From assembly GCA_964291265.2 (NCBI GenBank), contig OZ219747.1:2656001-2720000 (forward strand): DNA of 64,000 nucleotides. The letters are read 5' to 3'. Positions 8,822-24,516 of the stretch are shown here, one piece after another (the stretch's first letter is position 1; every line of letters starts with the position of its first letter). Source of the DNA: Alphaproteobacteria bacterium (GTDB taxonomy: Bacteria > Pseudomonadota > Alphaproteobacteria > SP197). A model generated the notes under the pieces. That model saw only the letters and a program-made list of their open reading frames with translations, searched no databases and was not told the origin of the DNA. Position numbers and translations under genes: made by a program.

Positions 8822-10740
8822 GTCGCGGTAGGGATGCGCATTGCTGCGCACCCCCCGCACAGATCCGGACATGGACGTTAATCCATCCGGCTCCTACCTC
8901 GGGTGCTTGACGGTAAACCGCTGGTCCGGCCATGGGTGGCGGATGGAGACGCGCGGCCAAAGAAGCTCGGTCATGCGCTCCAATCGCTTCCAGTCAAAGC
9001 AGTGGCGCTGGGAGCGGCGGCGGATCGCTCGCAGCCATAGGCGTTGCAGCCTTTGGCGGAACGTGCGCAGCCATCGGGTCGACCCCGGAACGGCGAAGTA
9101 GTTGGACCAGCCATTGACAACTCGCCCAAGCCACATGCCGACCTCCCATATGTCGTGATGCCGTCGATTGCGAAGCACCTCCTCGATGCGCGCCAGGGTC
9201 CTTGCGACCCGTTTTGCGACCGGCTTGCGACCAAGCCTGAAGCGTCCTCTCCGGGTCTCCGTGCAGAAGTGCGTGAAGCCCAGGAAGTCGAACGTCTCCG
9301 GCCTGCCCGCCCCGCGAGATCGCCGGTTCGCCTTGGCAAACCGTCCAAACTCAACGAGACGGGTCTTGTCCGGGTGAAGGGTGAGACCAAAGCGGTCCAG
9401 CCTCTCCCGAACGTCGCGAAGGTATGTCTCCGCATCCCGCTTATGCTGGAACCCGACCACAATATCGTCCGCGTAGCGGACAATGATCGCTTTACCGTTC
9501 GGAACCTTCGGACGCCATGCCTTGTGAAACCACAGATCGAGCACGTAGTGCAGAAACACGTTCGCCAGGCAGGGGCTGACAATGGCGCCCTGAGGCGTGC
9601 CCGCACCGGTGTCGCTCCATGATCCGTCGGTCATGACGCCAGCGTTCAGCCACTTGCGGATCAGACGGATCACCCGCCTGTCGCCAATGCGATGCTCCAG
9701 GAACTTGATCAACCAATCCCTCGGGATTGTGTCGAAGTACCCCTGAATGTCCGCGTCGACTATCCAGTTGACCTTGCGCCGCTCGATCCCGAACGCCAGG
9801 GCGTCGAGAGCGTCATGCGCCCCTCGGCCCGGTCGGAACCCGTAGCTGAAGCCAAGGAACTCCACCTCATAAATCGGTGTCAGGATCACATCCACAACCG
9901 CCTTCTGGACGATCTTGTCCTCCAGTGCGGCAATCCCGAGCGGTCGTGTCCCGCCGTCCGGCTTGGGTATCTCAACCCGCCGAACCGGCGGCGCCCGGTA
10001 CGCTCCCCCACGATGCAGGCGCGAGTGCAGATCAAGCAAGCGCTCGTCCAGACCCTCGCCATACGCCGCCCACGTCACGCCGTCGACACCTGCCGAGGCT
10101 TCCTTCTTCAAACCGAAGTAGGCCGCCCGGAGCGCGTCCGGCGTAATGTGATGGAAGAGTGCAGTGAGACGCTCCTTCGGGTTCCTCTCTGCAGCTTCCC
10201 GTATCCGGTCCGCCGCCTGTGGCACACTTGCCCGACACTGCGTTCGGTGCGTGCTTTGGCGTCCCGGATTCCCCTTGGTTGAGGCCCTTTCCTCCAGCGA
10301 CTCCGCAGAAGCTGACGCTCCCTTGTTCGCCGCCTTCACCGGTCTTACGGCCCCATCCGACTTCTTCAAACCGTTCCTCATAGGCTTCGGCTTTCTCCTT
10401 TCCCTACACGGTCCCGCCACGACAGGCGGGATAGTTCGAAGACCTCCCAGGGTCCCAACAGAAGGCGTGCGGACGTGCATGGGTTCTCCGACACCGCGGG
10501 GCTCGCCGACATCTCACCAAATCGATGCCTGCGATGTTGCCTTCGACCGATGCGAAAGCCTCGGCACCCCGAACAACGGACTTTTCGGTGCTCATTAGCC
10601 CTGCCCATCCGTACCGCTACCGACGCTTCGCCTGCCCCCTCGCGGGAACCGACGCACGGCTCGCGGAGAAACGTGGTTTGGTTACTCCTTCGTTTCAGGG
10701 GACTTTCACCCCCTACCTTCCGCCAGTTCGCCTGGCACAC
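8822..10740 (-). mobile_element. Full-length group II intron (1919 nt), antisense within tnpC
   Basis: 5' GTGTGCCAGG, 3' CCCTACCGCGAC; its removal restores GAGACCAGCTGGCGCATCC as seen in copies 2 and 3; no TSD. Confidence 0.95.
8894..10381 (-). CDS. ltrA: Group II intron reverse transcriptase/maturase (no endonuclease domain)
   Basis: GVDG, IPKPDGGTRPLGI, SYGFRPGR, GTPQG, RYADD, FDFLGFTH motifs; ends just before domain V; start approximate. Confidence 0.93.
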   Translation of the reverse strand: MRNGLKKSDGAVRPVKAANKGASASAESLEERASTKGNPGRQSTHRTQCRASVPQAADRIREAAERNPKERLTALFHHITPDALRAAYFGLKKEASAGVDGVTWAAYGEGLDERLLDLHSRLHRGGAYRAPPVRRVEIPKPDGGTRPLGIAALEDKIVQKAVVDVILTPIYEVEFLGFSYGFRPGRGAHDALDALAFGIERRKVNWIVDADIQGYFDTIPRDWLIKFLEHRIGDRRVIRLIRKWLNAGVMTDGSWSDTGAGTPQGAIVSPCLANVFLHYVLDLWFHKAWRPKVPNGKAIIVRYADDIVVGFQHKRDAETYLRDVRERLDRFGLTLHPDKTRLVEFGRFAKANRRSRGAGRPETFDFLGFTHFCTETRRGRFRLGRKPVAKRVARTLARIEEVLRNRRHHDIWEVGMWLGRVVNGWSNYFAVPGSTRWLRTFRQRLQRLWLRAIRRRSQRHCFDWKRLERMTELLWPRVSIRHPWPDQRFTVKHPR

Positions 10741-12638
10741 CGCATCCAGTCCCTCAAGGCCTCGGGGCGCTCGCAGAAGGCCTGGCTGTGGACCGCGGTC
10801 AGCGCCGACTCCGTCTTCTTCTTCATCGATCCGTCACGCAGCACCCGGGTGGCCATGGTGCTGTTCGCCTCCACCGAAGGCACCGTCTTCCTTGTCTGCG
10901 ATCGCTAAGCGGTCTACAGGAAACTGGAGCGTGAGCTTGATGGCAAGGTGATCCTCTGCCTTTGCTGGGCGCACTCCAGGCGCGATGTGATCGAGGCTGC
11001 GGCAGGCCAAGAGGGGCTGGAAGAGTGGTGCGACAAGTGGCTCGACAGGATCGCGCTGATCTACACACTGAATGGGCAACGGCTGAAGCACTACGATCCC
11101 GCACGCAAGCGTCAGTCAGCGAGGTTCAATGCCCTGCAGAAGGACCTTCGTGCGGCTGTCGAGGCGCTGTTCAGGCAGGCTCAGGAGGAACTCGACGCCT
11201 TGCCCGAGGGTGCACGCGAAGCGAAGCCCTTGCGTTCCCTGATCCGTCACCGCGAGGGACTGTGCGTCTTTGTCGACCATCCCCAGGTGCCCATGGACAA
11301 CAACTTTGCCGAGAGAGCCCTCCGGGGTGCGGTGACCGCGAGAAAGCTGAGCTTCGGCTCCGACAGCGAGGAAGGCGCCGCCTTCACCGCCATCATGTAC
11401 TCGGTCATCGGCACCCTTGCCATGAACAACATCAATGTTCGGCGCTGGCTTCATGAGTGGCTTGAGGCCTGCGCGCAGAACGGCGGCAAGCCGCCGGATG
11501 ACCTCGACCCGTGGCTGCCATGGTCGATGACCCCGGAGCGTCGAAGGGACCTCATGGAACCGGGGTGATCGAGTGCCGTTACGACGGCCGTGACTTCACC
11601 GCGCACGAGATGGCGCTGTTGCGCTCCCTGATCACCCAGCACCCCACCCGTGCGGCCATCGCCCGCGCCTTCTGCCGCGAGACCGGCTGATACAAGCCCG
11701 ACGGGGCCTCAAGAACATGATGGCGAATGTCGCCTTTCTGGCCATGCACCGCGACGGCCTCATCACCCTGCCGCCACCCCAACGACGAGCAACCCGACCC
11801 GGACCCATCGTCTTCGGACCCAACAGCGAACCGCCACGTGGTGCGCCTCCCAAACGCATCCTCAACCGGTGAATATCACCAACAATCACCGCGTGGCCGA
11901 ACGCTTACACCCTGGCGACATCTTCTTCTGGAATGACCCCTACAACAGTTCAGGCGGCATCGGCCACATTCCGGACCTGTGCACGACGTTGCCGATCTTT
12001 TACGGCGAGCGCCTGATCGGATTCAGCCAGGTGTTCGGCCATCACGACGATGTCGGCGGCGCCGTCCCGGGGAGTCTGCCGGCCGATGCCACCGACATGT
12101 GGACCGAGGGACTGGTGGTGCCGCCGATCAAGATCTACGAGAGGGGCAGGATCAACGAGGCGGTGTTCACGATCATCTCGCGCAATTCGCGCCTGTCGGA
12201 ACACCTGCGTGGCGATCTCGATGCTGAAATCGGTGCCGCTCGGCTGGGTAGTCAGCGCGTCGTGGCGATGGCGGAGCGTTATGGCGTGGAGGCTCTTGAA
12301 GCCGCCTATGACGCCATCATCGGGAATTGTGCCGAGACCATACGCCGCGAGTTGCTCCCCAGGATACGGGACGGCGTCTACACATGGGAGGACTACATCG
12401 AGAACGACGGTGTTGAGGGACCCAAGATGCATGCACTGCGTCTGACGATGACCAAGATCACCGACAGGATCATGCTCGACTTTACCGGTACGTCCGAGGA
12501 AGCGAAGGGGCCGATCAACTGGCCCATTGACGGGTGTAGTGTAAGCGTTCGGCCGTTCGGTGATGGCTGATTTTGGTTGGTTTGGGTCTTGCTGACTATC
12601 GTCTGAGAAAGAGCTGGTAAACTCGTTTGGTCTCGATT

Positions 12639-17070
<4,432 letters not shown>

Positions 17071-17660
17071 TCGAGTGCCGTTACGACGGCCGTGACTTCA
17101 CCGCGCACGAGATGGCGCTGTTGCGCTCCCTGATCACCCAGCACCCCACCCGTGCGGCCATCGCCCGCGCCTTCTGCCGCAAGACCGGCTGGTACAAGCC
17201 CGACGGCGGCCTCAAGAACATGATGGCGAGTGTCGCCTTTCTGGCCATGCACCGCGCTACACAGGCGCCGTCTACAAGGCGTCGGGTTGGATCCATGTCG
17301 GCACCACCAAGGGGCGCGGACGCTACGATACGCACAGGAAACTCGACAAACCAAAAAAAGGACATCTGGCTGAGGCCTCTCCGCAAAGACTGGAAACTCA
17401 TCCTCAACCGGTGAATATCACCAACAATCACTGCGCGACCGAACGCTTACGGTGTAGTTCTCGTATGGCGAAGCCAAGTCATTGATTTATCACGGTTGTG
17501 CGGTCGCGATGGAGCGGCGAAAACGGGGTTTCGTGACAATTGCCCGTTTCTGGGCCGGATTTTGTCACGACAGCAGGGCTTGGCGGTGGATGCGGGAACG
17601 CTCCGCACCGCAAGATGCGATATGATGCTAGCTTGAAACCACAACATCAGGAGCGCTCCC

Positions 17661-19049
17661 ATGTCAGTGTCACAGCTTCGGCCTTCCGCGTCCATCGATC
17701 TTCTCGGCTTGCCGCCTCGGGTTGTCGAGGCGGTCACGCAAGTGACCGCGGTGTGTCATCGACAGCTCGGTTCAGAGCGCTCTGCCGAGGCTTTCGAGGA
17801 AGCGGAGCGGCGGGTGCTTGAGAGCGTGCACGCGCTTGGCTGCGAGATCCTGGGTGCCTGTGCCGAGGCCCGGGACGACGGTGCGCCCCGGATCGAACGG
17901 GACGGGCAGAACTGGTTCCGTGTGGCGCCGACGCCGAAGACGATCATGACCTCGCTCGGCCCGGTGACCTTTCGGCGTGCGCGCTATCGCACCGGCGGGC
18001 ACTGCCGGTCGCTGATGCCGGTGGACGAAAGCCTGGGCCTCGTCGACGACGACCTGACACGGCCGGCGGCTCAGCTTGGGCTGATGATGATGGTCCACTG
18101 CACGGCGCGGGAAGCGGAGGCGTTCTTCGGCAAGCTCGGCGCCATGACGCCGTCTGTGAGCACCTTGCAGCGCTTGAGCCTGACCATGCAGGAGCGTTGG
18201 GAACGTCTCGGCCCGCAGGCCCTGGATGGCATCCGGGAAGCCGAGGACATTCCGCAGGACGCGGTCACCGCCTCGGTCTCGCTCGACGGCGTCATGGTGG
18301 CGCTGCGGGCCGGCGAGGACGGCCGTAGCGAGGCCTGCTGGCGCGAGGCGGCCTGTGGCACAGTCTCCTTCCACGATGCCGAGGGTGAGCGCCTGAAGAC
18401 CGTCTATCTCGGCCGCATGCCCGAGCGCGGCAAGTGCACGCTGAAGGCGCAGCTGGCAAGCGAGGTCGCGCATATCAGGCGCAAGCGTCCCGAGATCAGG
18501 ATCAGCGCCATCGCCGACGCCGCCGCCGACAACTGGACCTTCCTCTCTGGTCTTGAACCCGAAACCGAGGTGATCGACTTCTGGCATGCCTGCGAGCATC
18601 TGCGCGTGGTGGCCGACCATGCAGCGGCGCCCCACTGGTTCGAGAAGTACCGCGAGATCCTGCGTCACGACCCCCGCGGCATCGACAAGGTGATCCGGGC
18701 GCTGCGCCACCTTCGCGACACCGCCAAGCCGGCGGGCCGAGCCGACATCGACAGGGAACTGGCCTTCTTCCGCAAGCATCGCCACCGCATGCGCTACCAC
18801 GCACTGAAGCAACAGGGGATCGCCATCGGCTCGGGACTTGTCGAGGCAGCCAACAAGACCCTCGTCACACAGCGCATGAAGCGCTCCGGCATGCGCTGGC
18901 GCATCGTCGGCGGACAAGCCGTTCTCACCTTCCGCGCCCTCATCAAATCCGGCCGCTTCGAAAGTGCGTGGACCGCCATGATCGAGGGCGACGACGCACC
19001 AGCCAACGACAACATCAGCCCACATCACACCCAGGCGCTGGCCGCATGA
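17661..19049 (+). CDS. ISKra4/ISLre2-like DDE transposase
   Basis: SLDGV, ADAA..NW, DFWHACEHL, GSGLVEAANK..RMKRSGMRW motifs. Confidence 0.85.
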   Translation: MSVSQLRPSASIDLLGLPPRVVEAVTQVTAVCHRQLGSERSAEAFEEAERRVLESVHALGCEILGACAEARDDGAPRIERDGQNWFRVAPTPKTIMTSLGPVTFRRARYRTGGHCRSLMPVDESLGLVDDDLTRPAAQLGLMMMVHCTAREAEAFFGKLGAMTPSVSTLQRLSLTMQERWERLGPQALDGIREAEDIPQDAVTASVSLDGVMVALRAGEDGRSEACWREAACGTVSFHDAEGERLKTVYLGRMPERGKCTLKAQLASEVAHIRRKRPEIRISAIADAAADNWTFLSGLEPETEVIDFWHACEHLRVVADHAAAPHWFEKYREILRHDPRGIDKVIRALRHLRDTAKPAGRADIDRELAFFRKHRHRMRYHALKQQGIAIGSGLVEAANKTLVTQRMKRSGMRWRIVGGQAVLTFRALIKSGRFESAWTAMIEGDDAPANDNISPHHTQALAA

Positions 19050-20497
19050 GATGAAACAATGGAACTAAGTCCATAACTTAAGACCATAACATAACTGCCA
19101 TACTAGACTCACACCCCCATTGACTATGCCGACGGCAAGTTCGTGCGCAAATGGATGGGTCCGGTCCTGCGCTCGCTCGCTGCAACACCGGAACGAGCGG
19201 CAGAAATCGACATGAACGAGGGTGTGCTCGATATCATCGAGGTGAAGTTTCCGCCAAAGGGTACCCTCGTCACGCCGAATTTCGGCAAGGCGACGGGTCT
19301 GAGGTTCTTCCCGCTGCTGCGGTCGCTCGGCATCTTCGCGGCCCTGCTCGCGAAGGCCACCTCGGGGCGCATGCCGGCAGACCATGAGACCATTCGCATC
19401 TGGGGTCTTCACGGTGGTCGGATCGGCCACGACTTCTTCCTGTTCCGCGAAGTTCTCGGAGGCGGTGGTCCGGGACGCCCCTGGGCCGACGGCAGCGATG
19501 TCGTCCATGTCGTGCCGAACTCACGCAACTTGCCGGCCGAGTTCTCCGAGACACGTTATCCCGTCATCATCGAACCTCTCGGACTGGCAACTGATTCAGG
19601 CGGAGCGGGGTTCCGTCGCGGTGGTCTCGGATACGACAAGCGCGTCAGGGTGCTCGGGGATTGCGAGGCTCTCTCCAATGCCGACCGTTCGCTTATCCAC
19701 ACCTACGGTGTCAATGGCGGCATGCACGGTGGCAACTATGCGCTCGAGATGGAGGACTCGGCGGGGGGCCGACGCACACTTGCGGGCATGGACGACCGGG
19801 TTCCCGTCGGCGCGGGTTCTGCCATCCGGATCCGAACGAATGGCGGGGGCGGTTGGGGCGACCCGTTGGCGCGGGAACCGGCAAGGGTGTGTCACGACGT
19901 TCAGTGTGGTCTCGTGTCCGAATCGGCAGCCCACGATGACTACGGCGTCGTACTTGTGCTGCGGGGACGGCGGTACGCGGTTGATGAAGACGGGACCGGC
20001 AGGCTTCGGGAGCGCATGAGAGCCGAGCGGGGACCGCTACCCATGTTCCGCCGAGGTCCCTACTTCGACGACATGAAGCGCCGCAACGCGATAAGCCGCC
20101 CCGAGGGTCTGGAAGATCCGGACGAGGGCTGGTTTGCGGACGGCGCACTGCCGGAGGCGGCGCAGTGAGTGGCTCACCGACGGACCCCGGTCGTCGCCGA
20201 CTCCCCGTTGCCACGTCGGAAGACTGCAGGATGCGCTGTTGCGCGGCGCTGGTCGGAGCGATGGACATCGGACGGCCAATCGGCGTCATGCCGAAGGACG
20301 TTATCGCGGCGCCACACATCCAGATGCCGCGGCATTGACCATGACGGCGAGCGTTGCCGTGCCGTGCACCGGAAGGCAACCGCGCGAACCCCGATCATCC
20401 CTGCGGGCCGACCGGAGGTCGGGGGATCGAGGTCAGTGGTGACGCGATACGGGGCGCCTGTCCTGATCAGCATCTGCGAACGGGAGCAAGAGACATC

Positions 20498-21280
20498 ATG
20501 GAAGTCCGGCTTGGCCACATGAACTACGACGAGGTTGCCGAAGCGATCTCGGACGCAAGGGTTGTCATCGTACCCACGGGAGCGACGGAATCACATGGTC
20601 CCCACATGCCCTGCGACACCGATACCCACCAGGTCGAATACATGGCCCTTGCTGTGGCAAGGCGGGTCGGAGGCATTGTCGTGCCGGCCGTTCCCTATGC
20701 GGTCTCGAAGACATTCGAGCACTTCCCGGGAACGGTTTCACTGTCGATTCCGACCTATCAGCAAATGCTCTACGAGATTGGCGCTGCGCTTGTCAGGCAG
20801 GGCTTCACCAACATCCTCTTTCTCAATGGCAACCGTCCCAACGGGACATCGAACGATGCCGTTGCGAGACGCCTGATCGACGACATGGACGATCATGACA
20901 TCACGATCACGGCGGTCAGCTACTGGGAACCCGGGGCAGCGGCAGTTCACGCCCTGCGCAACTCAGGCGTGGGAGGCATGGGGCATGGCGGGGAGTTCGA
21001 GACATCGTTTCAACTGGCGACCCGCCCCGAACTCGTGAAGATGGAACGTCTGGCAGGTGTTCACACACCGCTTGTGGGCTGGGATCTGGTTGCGCCCGTC
21101 GAACCATCGCGCACATACAGGAGACGTCCGACGCCCCGGACCAATCACGCCTCGATTTTCGGCGATCCGCACAAGGCATCGAAGGAGTCCGGCCATGCTT
21201 TCATAGCGGCGTCGGTCGATGCTCTGGTGGAGATGATCGAGAACCTGCAGCCGTCCTACGAGGAACGCCGGACCAGGTGA
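20498..21280 (+). CDS. Creatininase family protein
   Basis: PTGATESHGPHMP..TD, FPGTVSL, HGGEFETS, GDP..AS..G motifs. Confidence 0.9.
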   Translation: MEVRLGHMNYDEVAEAISDARVVIVPTGATESHGPHMPCDTDTHQVEYMALAVARRVGGIVVPAVPYAVSKTFEHFPGTVSLSIPTYQQMLYEIGAALVRQGFTNILFLNGNRPNGTSNDAVARRLIDDMDDHDITITAVSYWEPGAAAVHALRNSGVGGMGHGGEFETSFQLATRPELVKMERLAGVHTPLVGWDLVAPVEPSRTYRRRPTPRTNHASIFGDPHKASKESGHAFIAASVDALVEMIENLQPSYEERRTR

Positions 21281-21761
21281 TCCGAGGAGTTGGATCAGGA
21301 AGAGCGGTGACGGACTTCCGGTTCGGCGTTATCCTGATGTTGATGGCTGCATAGAACGGCGGGATTTCGGCGATTTGCCGCGCTTTGTCAGGGTCGTGTT
21401 TCTTCCCTGTTGTCAGGTCCTATTGTCACGTCCTGTTGTCGTGGTTTGAGTGTTCGGCTGGTTGTCTCCCCGAGCGCCGCCGTCTTTTCCTATTGTCGTT
21501 TTGGTCCGGTTCGGGTTCCGTCGACCTCTGCTTCGGTCTTGGTGACGGTTGCCGGGAGGGTTCCGGTTCCGAGGCACTCGCGGGATTGTTTGTCTTCCCT
21601 GTGGGCGGGTCGCGTTGTCCGGTCCCGGGGCGGCGTTTTTGCCGCCGCCCCGGGTGGATGCTAGATCGGCATCAAGAGAAAGAGCGATGCGATGCCGGGC
21701 GGAGTTGTGACGCCCCCCGGCGCAGCACCCGGACGAGCCGGTCACGGGGGACCGAACTCCC

Positions 21762-22292
21762 GTGTATTGTCGAGCCATTTTGCGTCCGGGTCCACCCCCG
21801 CTCTCGAGACGGATCGTGTGCACGACGGGACGACTGTTCAACTGCAAGCGGTGTCAGCGGCAGGTTGTTCTCTGCCGGTCGTGTGACCGGGGGCATGTGT
21901 ATTGCTCCAAGGAGTGCAGGGAATCGTCCCGGATCGAGCGGCGCCGCGCGTCGCGTCGTCGCTACCAGAGCACGCTGAAGGGCCGTGAGACGGGCCGTCA
22001 CCGCCAGCGGCGTTATCGGCTCCGCAAGGCGGAGGAGGCGCGTGCGTTGAAGGCCAGGGCGGCGATGGTTGCCGAGATCATGGGCACGCAGACGTCTGCT
22101 GTGGTGCTGCTTGGCGACGTTCCGGCGGTGTCTGGAGACGCCGGTTCTGAAGAAATCGTTACGGACCACCCTTCCCGACTGCTGCCGACCTCCCTACCTG
22201 CGGTTGTGAAGGCGCGAGAGCGGCGCGAATCGCCGCTTCGGTGCGCCCGGTGCGGACGGGTCGTGACGCATGTGGTGCTGAGGGACCTGTGA
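21762..22292 (+). CDS. Cys-rich putative Zn-binding protein upstream of istA
   Basis: CKRC..CRSCDRG..YCS..C, basic helix, C-terminal CARC; frame conserved in both copies; start uncertain. Confidence 0.65.
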   Translation: MYCRAILRPGPPPLSRRIVCTTGRLFNCKRCQRQVVLCRSCDRGHVYCSKECRESSRIERRRASRRRYQSTLKGRETGRHRQRRYRLRKAEEARALKARAAMVAEIMGTQTSAVVLLGDVPAVSGDAGSEEIVTDHPSRLLPTSLPAVVKARERRESPLRCARCGRVVTHVVLRDL

Positions 22293-22324
22293 TGCGGCGT
22301 TGAGGAACCAAAGGGAGGGAGTTC

Positions 22325-23818
22325 ATGGCGATCGACGAGGACACGCGGGCGACGATCGTGCGGCTGTCGCGGGCCGAGGGCTGGGCTGTGGGGACGATTG
22401 CCCGGCATCTCGGCGTGCACCACGGCACGGTGACGCGGGCGCTCAAGGCGTCGGGGCAGGAGCGGCGGCCGCGGGCCAAGCTCATCGACCCCTTCGTTGC
22501 CTTCCTCGGGGAGCGTCTTGAGGCGTCGCCGGACCTTCCGGCCAGCACGCTCTGGCGACAGGTCGTGGCTCTGGGCTACCGCGGCGGCGAGGATCACTTC
22601 CGTCACGACCTGCGCCGCCTCGGGCTGAGGCCGGTGAAGAGGCCCGAGCCGTCGCTGCGGCTGAGCTTCCTTCCGGGCGAGCAGGCGCAGGTTGACTGGG
22701 CCGAGTTCGGGAAGGTCCGCATTGGCCGGGCGGAGCGCAGGCTCATGGGGCTTCTCGTCACCCTCAGCTACTCGCGCCAGACTGTCCTGAGCCTGTTCCA
22801 CGACGCGCGGATGGCCAGCTTCCTGCAAGGCCATGTCGAGGCTTTCGCGGCATTCGGGGGTGTGCCGCGGAGGCTTCTGTACGACAACCTGAAGAGTGCC
22901 GTGGTGACGCGCCGCGGCAAGGCGGTCACCTATCATCCGATGCTGCTCGGCCTCGCGGCCCACTATGCCTTCGAACCGAGCGCCGCCTGGCCCAGGAGCC
23001 CGCAGGAGAAGGGCCGCGTGGAACGCCGTGTGCGCTTCGCGCGCACCGGGTTCTTCGCCGGGCGCGACATCACGGTCCCGCTCGGCGAGCTCAACGCCGC
23101 AGTTCGGGAGTGGTGCTTCGGCGCCGCCGCGGAGCGGCCCTGGCCGGACGACGACAGTCTCCTGGTGCGGGACGCCTTCGCCCGGGAGAGGGAGCACCTG
23201 ATCGTCCTTCCCGCCGATCCCTTCCCGCATCACGAGGTCCGCCCGGTGCGCATCGACAAGACCTGCCACGCCCGCTTCGACACCAACGACTACAGCGTTC
23301 CGGGTAGCTTCTCCAAGGCCCTGCTGACGCTGGTCGCCGACCGCGACGAGGTTCGCATCCTCGACGGCGCCGACGAGGTCGCGCGCCACCGACGCTCCTA
23401 CGACAGGAAGCAGGCCGTCACCGATCCGGAGCATGCCAGGGCGATCGCCGCGGGCAAGCGGCGGGCCCGCTCCATGAGCGTCCGCGACCGGGTCCTGCGC
23501 ACCGTGCCGCGGGCCGAGGAGATGCTGGCGCGCGCCGGGACCAACGGGCGCAACGTGGCCTCCTGCGCCCGGATGCTGGAGACGCTTCTCAACGCGCACG
23601 GCGCCGACGCTCTCGACCGGGCTGTCGCCACGGCGCTGGAGCGCGGCTCGTGCCACCCCGAAACCGTGCGCGTCATCATCGAGGAGCGCCGCCGGGAGCA
23701 GGGCCTGCCGCCCCTCAGCATCGCCGACGACGGCCGCGGCGGCCGTGGCACGACGCCGCGGGGGACCGCTCTCGACGCCTACGACAGGCCCGAAGCCAGC
23801 GCCAGGAACAAGACATGA
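22325..23818 (+). CDS. istA: IS21 transposase IstA
   Basis: N-terminal HTH, PGEQAQVDW, LSYSR, YDNLKS, KGRVE, YSVP. Confidence 0.95.
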   Translation: MAIDEDTRATIVRLSRAEGWAVGTIARHLGVHHGTVTRALKASGQERRPRAKLIDPFVAFLGERLEASPDLPASTLWRQVVALGYRGGEDHFRHDLRRLGLRPVKRPEPSLRLSFLPGEQAQVDWAEFGKVRIGRAERRLMGLLVTLSYSRQTVLSLFHDARMASFLQGHVEAFAAFGGVPRRLLYDNLKSAVVTRRGKAVTYHPMLLGLAAHYAFEPSAAWPRSPQEKGRVERRVRFARTGFFAGRDITVPLGELNAAVREWCFGAAAERPWPDDDSLLVRDAFAREREHLIVLPADPFPHHEVRPVRIDKTCHARFDTNDYSVPGSFSKALLTLVADRDEVRILDGADEVARHRRSYDRKQAVTDPEHARAIAAGKRRARSMSVRDRVLRTVPRAEEMLARAGTNGRNVASCARMLETLLNAHGADALDRAVATALERGSCHPETVRVIIEERRREQGLPPLSIADDGRGGRGTTPRGTALDAYDRPEASARNKT

Positions 23819-24516
23819 GCGAGCTCAGGGAGCGTGCCCGGGCGCTCGGCCTCCACGGGCTCGTCGAACGCTGGGACGAGGTCGCCGGGACCGCATGGAT
23901 CGAGGAGGTGGTCAGCGGCGAGGAACAGGCCCGCAGGGCCCGCAGCCACGAGCGCCGCCGCGCCGCGGCGCGGCTGCCCGCCTTCAAGCCCCTGGCGGAC
24001 TTCGACTGGACATGGCCGCGCGACATCAGCCGGGCTCATGTCGAAGCGCTCCTCGGCCTCGGCTTCGTCGACCGTGCGGACAACGCCGTGCTCGTCGGCG
24101 GGCAGGGCACCGGAAAGACCATGATCGCCGCCAACGTGGCTCACCAGGCCCTGCTGCACGGCCACACCGTCCGCTTCGAGAAGGCGCCGGAACTGCTCGA
24201 GGCACTCGCCGAGACCGTCTCGCGCAGCGAGCTGCGCCGCCGCCTCGCGATCCTCGCCAGGCCCCGCCTGCTCGTCCTCGACGAAATCGGCTACGTGACC
24301 CTCGAAAGCCACCATGCCGACATCCTCTACGCCATCGTCTCGCGGCGCTATCAGCGCCGCTCGACCATGGTCACGACAAGCCTCGCCTTCGCCCAGTGGG
24401 ACCGCGTCTTCCCCAGCGCCTCCGGCATCGCCGGCACCGTCGACCGGCTCATGCACGACGCAACCCTCATCTCCATCGACAGCGACTCCTGGCGGCTCAG
24501 GCGTGAAACCCGATAA
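23815..24516 (+). CDS. istB: IS21 helper ATPase IstB
   Basis: FDW, GGQGTGKT Walker A, LVLDEIGY, DRLMH; overlaps istA stop. Confidence 0.95.
   Translation: MSELRERARALGLHGLVERWDEVAGTAWIEEVVSGEEQARRARSHERRRAAARLPAFKPLADFDWTWPRDISRAHVEALLGLGFVDRADNAVLVGGQGTGKTMIAANVAHQALLHGHTVRFEKAPELLEALAETVSRSELRRRLAILARPRLLVLDEIGYVTLESHHADILYAIVSRRYQRRSTMVTTSLAFAQWDRVFPSASGIAGTVDRLMHDATLISIDSDSWRLRRETR

Larger units (their letters stand above)
7210..11568 (+). pseudogene. tnpC: IS66 transposase TnpC copy 1, split by a sense mini-intron (7383-8037) and an antisense intron (8822-10740), plus a TAA stop at 10906-10908
   Basis: GQQPGKSGHGR, CPCCG, HGDETSW, CWAHSRR, DNNFAERALR motifs; compared with copies 2 and 3. 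Confidence 0.9.
7112..11908 (+). mobile_element. IS66-family element copy 1 (tnpC-only, carries two group II introns)
   Basis: Ends GTAAGCGTTCGGCC...GGCCGAACGCTTAC; flanks GGAGCAGC/ACCCTGGC do not form a target-site duplication (TSD). Confidence 0.93.

Noticed and set aside
8894-10381. RT as a retron, DGR or defence RT
   Set aside because: It lies within clear group II intron boundaries with domains V and VI and has a maturase-type C-terminus.
20170-20460. Short intergenic ORFs here and at 5400-5700, 26690-27010 and 59200-59490
   Set aside because: Possibly gene remnants, but no family could be supported from the sequence alone.
22013-23656. Long antisense ORFs (e.g. 22013-23656, 44945-46780, 48713-50782) and the N-terminal extension of 43722-45641
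   Set aside because: Shadow frames of well-supported genes in high-GC DNA; no recognisable motifs.
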